From an uncultured Acidobacteriota bacterium (GTDB lineage: Bacteria > Acidobacteriota > Vicinamibacteria > Vicinamibacterales > UBA2999), in NCBI GenBank assembly GCA_902826515.1, contig CADEFD010000005.1:9690-73689 (forward strand): a stretch of DNA of 64,000 bases, read 5' to 3'. A model generated the notes under the pieces. It did not search any database, was not told the DNA's origin, and was given only the letters and a program-made list of their open reading frames with translations. The translations under genes were made by a program, and so were the position numbers. This document shows positions 30,097-38,400 of this stretch, piece by piece. The stretch's first letter is position 1. Each line of letters opens with the position of its first letter.

Positions 30097-31346
30097 CCCA
30101 CCCGCACCCTGCCCTGCTCGGCGGCCCGCCCGCCGTCACGCTCGACCAGCACGCCGCCAACCGCTGGCCGGTGCTCGAGGCCGACGACGAAGCCGCCGTG
30201 CTCGAGGTGATGCGCCACGGCGATCTCTCGAACCACGTGGTGACGCGCCACCTCGAAGACGACTTCCGCACCCGCCTCGGCTGCCGCCACGCGCTCGCGC
30301 ACGCCAACGGCACGCTCGGCCTGCTGGCCGCGTTCCACGCGCTGGACCTGGCGCCAGGCGACGAGGTCCTCGTGCCCTCGGCGACCTTCTGGGCGTCGGT
30401 GGTGCCGATGCTCTGGGTCGGCGCGGTGCCGGTCTTCTGCGAGATCGAGGGCGAACGCTTCGCGCTCGATCCGGCCGACGTGGAACGCCGCATCACGCCG
30501 CGCACGCGCGCCATGGTGCTCGTGCACCTCTGGGGCCTGCCGGCGAAGGTGGACGCGCTGCTCGAGATCGCCCGGCGGCATGGCCTCGCCGTCATCGAAG
30601 ACGCGTCGCACGCGCTCGGCGCCGTAAGCGGCGGCGTGCCGTGCGGCCGCTTCGGCGACATCAGCGTCTTCAGCCTGCAGACGTCGAAGCTCGCGGCCGC
30701 CGGCGAAGGCGGCGTGTTCCTCACCGACAACGACACCTACATGGAACGGGCGATCTGCCTGGGTGACATCGTGCGGATCTACGAGCTCACGACGCCCGCA
30801 CGGCGCTTCGCGGCCACGAGCTTCGGCATCAAGACCCGCATGGCGCCGCTCTCGGCGGCCGTCGGCCGCACGCAGCTCGCCAAGCTCGATCGCCACAACG
30901 CCCGGCGGGCGGCCAGCATCGAGGCTCTGGGCGCGCGCCTCGCGCCGCTCGGCTTCGAGACGTTCCCCTCGCCGCCCGGCACGACGCGCGTCTACTTCGA
31001 ACATCTCGTGCGCTACGACCCGGCGCACTTCGACGGCCTGCCGGTCGAATCCCTCATCGCGGCCCTGGCCGCCGAAGGCTGCGAGGTCACGGGGCCGCGG
31101 TATCCGCTGGTACATCAGCAGCCGTTCTTCACCGAAGGCCACTGGCGCGGGGTGGCGCGCCTCGCGCCGGGGGACCACGCCGACTGGCAGCCACCCGACC
31201 TGCCGATGAGCGCCGCCGTGCAGCGCAACATGCTGCGTCTGCCGACCTTCCCGTGGGCCGAGCCGGCCCTCATCGAGCAGTACGCGCAGGCCTTCGAGAA
31301 GGTGCACGCGCACGCGAGCCGCCTGCCGCGGCCGGCGCATGCGTGA
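30093..31346 (+). CDS. DegT/DnrJ/EryC1/StrS-family PLP aminotransferase
   Basis: ATGA overlap with the upstream stop. Family segment AVIEDASHALGA. PLP-Lys context SLQTSKLAAAGEGGV. Confidence 0.8.
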   Translation: MTHPHPALLGGPPAVTLDQHAANRWPVLEADDEAAVLEVMRHGDLSNHVVTRHLEDDFRTRLGCRHALAHANGTLGLLAAFHALDLAPGDEVLVPSATFWASVVPMLWVGAVPVFCEIEGERFALDPADVERRITPRTRAMVLVHLWGLPAKVDALLEIARRHGLAVIEDASHALGAVSGGVPCGRFGDISVFSLQTSKLAAAGEGGVFLTDNDTYMERAICLGDIVRIYELTTPARRFAATSFGIKTRMAPLSAAVGRTQLAKLDRHNARRAASIEALGARLAPLGFETFPSPPGTTRVYFEHLVRYDPAHFDGLPVESLIAALAAEGCEVTGPRYPLVHQQPFFTEGHWRGVARLAPGDHADWQPPDLPMSAAVQRNMLRLPTFPWAEPALIEQYAQAFEKVHAHASRLPRPAHA

Positions 31347-32445
31347 GCGACTGCGCCACGGCTGGCGCGCCGCGGCCTTCACGCTCGAGCTCGTGGCCGG
31401 GGACCGGGCGCGCTGGCTGACGGGGCGGGCGACGCCCGTCACCGTGACGCAGCACACGGTCGCGCACCACGGACGCGTCGTCTCTTACGAGTGTTACGCC
31501 GTGGCGAGGCGCGGCGGCTCGCGGTCTCCGGCGATCGTGGTCACACACGGCTTCACTCACGAAGGCGCCGCCGATCCGCGCCTGCAGGCGCTCTGCCGCC
31601 GCCTCGCGCGCGCCGGGTTCGTCGTGGTCGCGCCGGAGTTCGATGACATGCGGCAGTACCGCCTCGGCACCGGCGATCAGGCAGACCTCGAAGCCGTCGT
31701 CGCCGGCCTCGGCGCTCATCCGGACATCGACGTCCACCGGGTGGGCGTGATGGCGTTCAGCTTCGGCGCGGCGCCGACGCTCATCGGCCTCGCCCAGCCG
31801 CCGCTCAAGGAGACCGTGACGTTCGCCGTGATCTTCGGCGGGTACTTCGATCTGAAGCGCACGTTCAAGTACGTGCTGACCGGCGCCTACGACGGCTTCG
31901 GGTATCACGGCCGCCTGCCCGTGCCCACGGTGGGCGACGACCGCTGGAAGTTCCTGCGCGGCAATCTGGCGATGATTCCGCCGTCGCCCACGGCGCGTGT
32001 GCTCGAAGACACCGTCGTGCGACGGGTGGCCGACCCTGCCGCCGCGGTCGACGTGGGCGCGTGCAGCGAGGCGGAACGCGCCGCCTTCGCGCTCATCGAG
32101 AACCGCGATCCCGACCGCTTCGACGCCCTCTACGCCGCCGCCGCGCCGTTCGTGGACGCCTGGGTGCAGCGCCTGTCGCCCGTGCACACCGCGCACGGCA
32201 TCCGCGCGCAGCTCATCCTGATCCACAGCTTCACCGATCAGAAGACGCCCTTCATCGAGAGCATCGCGATGAGCCGTGGTGTGCCGGCGGCGCCGCCGCC
32301 GTCGCTCACGCTGCTGAATGCGTTCGCGCACGTGGACCTGCGGCTCAACTGGCGCAGCCTGCCCTCGCTCGTGCGCGACGGTCTGCCGGGGCTCGTCGCC
32401 GTCTGGCGCATCGTCGTGGCCGTGATGCGCGCCGCCCGCCTCTAG
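31339..32445 (+). CDS. Alpha/beta-hydrolase-fold protein
   Basis: 8-nt overlap with the DegT stop. Segment IVVTHGFTHEG. Nucleophile-elbow-like segment GVMAFSFGAAP. Segment LILIHSFTDQKTP. Confidence 0.6.
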   Translation: MRERLRHGWRAAAFTLELVAGDRARWLTGRATPVTVTQHTVAHHGRVVSYECYAVARRGGSRSPAIVVTHGFTHEGAADPRLQALCRRLARAGFVVVAPEFDDMRQYRLGTGDQADLEAVVAGLGAHPDIDVHRVGVMAFSFGAAPTLIGLAQPPLKETVTFAVIFGGYFDLKRTFKYVLTGAYDGFGYHGRLPVPTVGDDRWKFLRGNLAMIPPSPTARVLEDTVVRRVADPAAAVDVGACSEAERAAFALIENRDPDRFDALYAAAAPFVDAWVQRLSPVHTAHGIRAQLILIHSFTDQKTPFIESIAMSRGVPAAPPPSLTLLNAFAHVDLRLNWRSLPSLVRDGLPGLVAVWRIVVAVMRAARL

Positions 32446-32454
32446 CGCCCGGGG

Positions 32455-35400
32455 TCAGACCCTCCTCAGGGCGGCGCCGGACGTCCCGCCTGCGCCCACG
32501 AGGTCACCGAGGCGCGCGTCCGCCTCGCGGATGTTCGCCTCGATGTGCGCGGCAATCGCGGCGGCGAACGGCTCGTTCAGGAACGTGCTGTGGGAACCCG
32601 GCACGGTGTGGATGTCCACGCCGCCGCGGGCAATCGCCTTCCAGCCGTAGTCGTTCGCCTCGGGGAAGGGGCCGAGCAGCGGTCCGGTGCGCGGCAGGAT
32701 GAGCGTGGCCCGCCCGCCGAACGGCTTCGGCACGTAGGCGCGCAGCACGTCGAGGTGGAGGCGCAGCATCGCGACCTGCGAGTCCGGAAACCGCCACAGC
32801 CCGAGTTCGTCGCGGATGTCGCGCGGCCGCTCGGCACGGTCGTCCTCGTCGCGCCACGGCGTGAGGCGTCGCACCTTGCTGCGCACGCGGCTGGCGAGCC
32901 CGCCGACACCCGTGGGAAGGGCGTCGTCGCCAATCCAGCGCGGCAGGTTCTTCGCAAACGCCATCAGCAGTGGCGCGGGCGCCGGCGCCTCGCCGGCGGC
33001 AATCGCGTAGTCGAGCACCGTGAACGCGCCCACCTCGCGGCCCTGCGCTTCGAGCTGCCGCGCGATCTCGAGCACGATCACCGCGGCCGAACAGTAGCCG
33101 CCGAGGTGATAAGGTCCCTCGGGCCGGAGCGCGACCAGCTCGCGCGTGTAGGCCGCGGCGATCCGCTCGATGGTGCGATCGGCCGGCGCGAACGCCTGCG
33201 TCCAGTCGGCGGCGAACCCGTAGACCGGCCGCGCTGCCGCCAGGTGCTTCGTGACCTGCATGTAGCTGTAGATCTCCCCGCCCACGCCGTGCACCCAGAA
33301 GAACGGCGCTCCGGGACCGCCCGCGCTCATTCTGGCGAGGAGCGGTGTGGACGCCGCCGGCGGCGTGACGGCCGCCGCGGACCGCGACACCGTCCCGTCC
33401 GCAGTCGGCTGCGGGATCCGGGCGGCGGGTGCGGGCGGCGCCGGCAGCGCCGCCTCGATCGCGGCCGCCAGCTGGTCGAGCCGCGAGTGCTCGAAGAGCA
33501 CCACCGGCGCGAGCTTCACGCCGAAGGTCTCGCTCACCTGGTGTACGAGCTGAATAGCCAGCAGCGAGTGCCCGCCGAGATCGAAGAAGTCATCCGTGCG
33601 GCGCACCGCGGGCACGTCGAGCAGAGCCGCCCAGAGGCGCCCGAGGCGCGCTTCGACGGGCGACTCGGCGCGCTCCGGCATGCCGGCGCTCACGAGGCGC
33701 GCGCGGTCCGGATCCGGCAACGCCCGCTCGTCGAGCTTGCCGTTGGCGGTGAGCGGAAACTGGTCCACCGCCACGAACACGCCCGGCACCATGTACTCGG
33801 GCACCGACTGCCGCAGGTGTGCCTGCAGCTCCGCCGGATCAGGCGGCGCGCCAGCGGACTGCACGTACGCCACGAGCCTGAGGTCCGTGGCGCCGCCCGC
33901 GCCGGGCCGCGCCAGCACGCGGCAGCCGGCCACGCGCGCCTGCCGCGCCAGCACCGCTTCGATTTCGCCGAGTTCCACGCGGAAGCCGCGAACCTTGACC
34001 TGCAGGTCCAGCCGCCCGAGATACTCGAGCTCGCCGTTTGCGAGATAGCGCGCGCCGTCGCCCGACTTGTAGAGGGTGCCTGCGCCGAACGGATTCGGCA
34101 CGAAACGTGCGCGTGTCAGGTCGTCGCGGTTGAGATACCCCGCCGTCACGCCGGCGCCGCCGACATAGATCTCGCCGCGCGCTCCCACGGGCACCGGCTG
34201 CATCCGCTCGTCGAGCAGGTAGACCTGCCAGAGCGGCATCGGAGCGCCGATGACGCCGGCGCCCTGATGTGCCGTGTCGGCGCGCGTCACCGTGTGGAAG
34301 GTCACGAACACCGTCGTCTCGGTGATGCCGTACCCGTTCACGAGCGTGGGCGACGACTCGCCGTGTCGATCGAACCAGGCGGCGAGGCCAGGCATGTCGA
34401 GGGCTTCCCCACCGAAGACGACGTAGCGGAGGGCCAGCGTGCCGCGCTGCGCCTCGTCGACGGCCATCACCTGCCTGAACGCCGACGGCGTCTGGCTGAG
34501 CACCGTGACACGCTCGCGCACCAGCAGGTCGTAGAACGCTTCGGGCGAACGGCTCACCGCCTGCGGCACGACCACCACGCGGCCGCCGTACAGCAGCGCG
34601 CCCCACATCTCCCACACCGAGAAGTCGAAGGCGTAGGAGTGGAAGAGCGTCCACACGTCCGTGGCGCCGAAGGTGAAGAGCGGCGCCGCGCCGGCCATGA
34701 GGCTCACGACGTGACGATGCGTGACCATCGACCCCTTCGGTGTGCCCGAGGTCCCGGAGGTATAGATGACGTAGGCCAGGTCGTCCGGTCCCGCCACGGC
34801 CGGCGGATTCTCGTGCCCACCCGCCGCGTCGAGCACCTCGTCCACGAGCACGAGCGTGGCCACGCTGGCCGGCACGCGGCCGGCCACCGCGGCCTGCGTG
34901 AGCAGCACCGGCGCACCGGCATCGCGCAGCATGAACGCCAGCCGCTCGGGCGGATAGGCGAGGTCGATCGGCAGATACGCGCCGCCGGCCTTGAGCACGC
35001 CGAGGAGCGACGGCAGCAGCGCCGCGCCGCGTTCGAGGCAGACACCCACGAGCGAGCCGCGGCCGACGCCACGCGCCGTCAGCGCGGCCGCCACGCGATT
35101 GGCCGCCGCGTTGAGCTGGGCGTAGGTCCACGTGCGGCCGTCACAGGTGACGGCAGGCGCGTGCGGAGTCGCCGCCGCCTGCCCCTCGAAGATCTGCGCG
35201 AGCGGCACGGCCGGATCGAAGCGCAGCGGCTGCGGCGCCACGGGCGGTGCGGTGAGGCGCGCGAACTCCGCCGGCGAGACGAGCGGCAGCGTGCCCACCG
35301 GCTGCGCCGGATCGGCCAGGGCCGCCGCGAGGCACGTGCGGAACGCCTCGAGCCAGTGTTCGACGGTGGAGGCGTCGAGGATGTCGGCGTTGTAGTCGGC

Positions 35401-38400
35401 TTCGACCGCGAGGCCGGCCGGCGTCTCCATCACGTTCACGTGCAGGTCGCGGCGGGACGTCTCGCGCGGCACCGAGAGCACGGTGGACGGCAGCCCCGCG
35501 AATGTCGGGTCGGCGAACGAGGGCTCGAGGGTGAAGCTCACGGACACGAGCGGATCGCGCGAGAGCGACCGCGGCAGCCGCAGCGCGTGCAGCAGGCTCA
35601 GGTAGGTGTACTGCTGGTGGTCGTTGAGGTCGAGCGCGTGCGAGGTCACGGCGGCGACGTGGCGCGCAAACGGCGTGGCCGGATCCACCGCGCAGCGCAC
35701 GGCGATGAAGTTCACGCAGTGTGCGATCAGGCTCCGGGCGTCCACGAGCGCCTGCCCGGCCATCGGGATGCCGACCACGAAGTCGCCCTGGCCGCTCAGG
35801 CGCGAGACGAGCACCTGGAAGACGGCCAGCAGCGTCGAGAACGGCGTGGTGCGGTGCGCCGTGGCAAACCGCCGCACGCGATCCGCCAGATCGGTGTCGA
35901 ACGTCACGACGAGGCGGCGGCCGTTGAACGTCGCCACGGCCGGACGCGGCCGATCCACCGGCAGGTTCAGCGGCTCGGGCACCGTGGCGTACTGCGCGAG
36001 CCACCACGCTGCCGTTTCCCGCGCCTCGTCGTCGCCGGCCCGCTCCGCCAGTGCGCGCGCATACGCGGAGGCCGGCATCGCCGGCGGCAGCCCGTCGGGA
36101 CGCCCGGCGCGCCGCGCCTCGTAACACGCCTCGATTTCGCGCAGCAGCACCCCGAACGACCAGCCATCGCAGATGAGGTGATGGATGGCGATGACGAGCA
36201 CGTCACACCCGCCTTCGCGGATGAGGGCCACACGCCAGAGCGGACCGCGCGCGAAGTCGAACGGCTCGCGGTTGACCCGGCGCAGCACGTCCTCGCGCGC
36301 GGCCGTCGGGTCCGCCGCCTGCGTGTGATCGAATACCTCGACCACGAGCGGCAGCGACGCCGCCACGCGGAATCCCGGCGGCGTGGACGACACCGACATG
36401 CGCAGCGACTCGTGTCGCGCCGAGAGGTCGTTCACCGCGCCTTGAAGGGCGGCGAGATCGAGCGTGCCGCCGATCTCCTTGGCGACCACTTCGTTGAACG
36501 CGGCCGAGGCCACCGGCGACAGGTGCGAGCCGAGCCACACCTCCATCTGCGGTTCGGTGAACGGCACGAGGCCGTCGTCGGTCGCACCGCCGGCGGGGCC
36601 GTCCGGCGCCGGGGCGCCGAAGAAGCCGGCCCGTCGCATCTCGACGAGGCTCGTGTCGAGCGCCTCGACCACCTGCCGCAGTTCGGCCTCGGTGTGCGCG
36701 GTCGAGACGAAGAACGGCCGGTCCCACACGTGGATGCCGTGCAGGCGCAGGTAGTGGAAGAGCAGCCGCGCGAGCGGGTTCGCGTCAGTGAAGCTGATGC
36801 TGCAGATCGAGGCGCAGTGCTCGAGATGCATCGGCGCGTCGTGGCGGCGGAACGTCGCCTCGACATCCGCGGCGAACTGCCCGGCCTTTGCATTCAACTG
36901 GTCGTACAGCGCCGGCCCGGCGTCGCGCACCTGGCGCAGGGACGCCACCGCCGCCGCCAGGCAGAGTGCATTGCGCGTGAAGGTGCCGCCGAAGAAGGTG
37001 ACGCCGCCTTCGGGGAACGAGTCGTCGCCGAACTGCCACGGGCCGCCGTCGAAGGCGTCGAGGTACGGCGCGGCGCCGGCAATCGCCGCAATCGGCAGGC
37101 CGCCGCTCATGATCTTGCCGTAGCAGGCGACGTCGCAGTCCACGCCGAGGTAGCCCTGCGCGCCACGCGGATGCAGGCGGAAGCCGGTGATCATCTCGTC
37201 GTAGATGAGCGGGATATCGAGGTCGCGCGTCAGGCGACGCAGTTCGCGGAGCTGCTCGATCGGCTGGAAGTCGGGATGCCGCCCCTGCACCGGCTCCACG
37301 ATCACGCCGGCGACGTCGCCGGCCCGCTCGCGCAGCACGTCGAGGCTTCCCGGATCGTTCCAGTGCAGCACGATCACCTTGTCCACGAAGTGGTCGGGGA
37401 TGCCGGGTGCCGCCGCAGCGGCGCGGTAGCGGTCGGCGCGGCTCGCCGGCTTCACGAGCACTTCTTCCGACATGCCGTGGTACTCGTCGTCGAAGACAGC
37501 GATCCACTCGCGTCCCGTGGCGGTGCGCACGGCGCGGATGGCGCCCGAGAGCGCTTCGGAGCCGGTGTTGGCGAAGGTCACGCGCTCCATGCCCGTGATC
37601 TCGCGGATGAGGTCCGCGGCCTCCTTCGCGAGCGGTGAGAGCGTGCCGAGTTCGATGCCGCGATCGAGCTGCGCGCGCACCGCATCGGTCACCCACGGCA
37701 CGCCGTGGCCGAAGAGGTTCACGCCGAAGCCGGACGTGAGGTCGAGGTACTCGTTGCCATCGATGTCGCGGACCTTCGTGCCCTGCGACCAGTCGGTCGC
37801 AATCTGGTAGACGATCTCCTTCCAGACCTTACGGAAGCCGCCGACCGCGCGCGGATCGGCCAGCACGCCGCGCTGCGCGGCGGTGAGCGCCTTCGACGCC
37901 GCCGTCTTCGCGGTGTAACGGGCGATGAGATCGTCGAGGCCGCGCTGCTGCACCGGCGTGAGGCCGTGTGCCGACTGATCGATGCCGCGGAAGGGCCCGA
38001 ACTGCGGCGGCGCGGCCGGTGAGGCGCCGGTCGAGGCGGCGGGCGCTGTCACGGCCGGGGTCGGCGCGGTGGCCGCCACGGGCACGGCAGGCGCGGAGGC
38101 CGGCGCGAGAGCCGGCGACGCCGGCACGGGTGCGCCGCCGAGCAGCCGGAGTTGCTCCGCCATGAGCCGCAGTTGTACCTGCACCACACGTTCGAGGGCG
38201 CTGGCCGTCGCGGGCAGCATCGCCGCTGGCGCGGGCGCGAACGCGGAGGCGGTGGGGGCCACGAGCACCGCGGACGGTGGCGCGGTCACGGTGGGCGCCA
38301 CGGCGGCTGGCGACCCGACCGGCGCCGGCGGCAGCTTCCCGTCGATGAAGCGGGCCAGGGCGTCGATGGTCGGGGCGTCCTCGAAGAGCTGTCGGAACGT

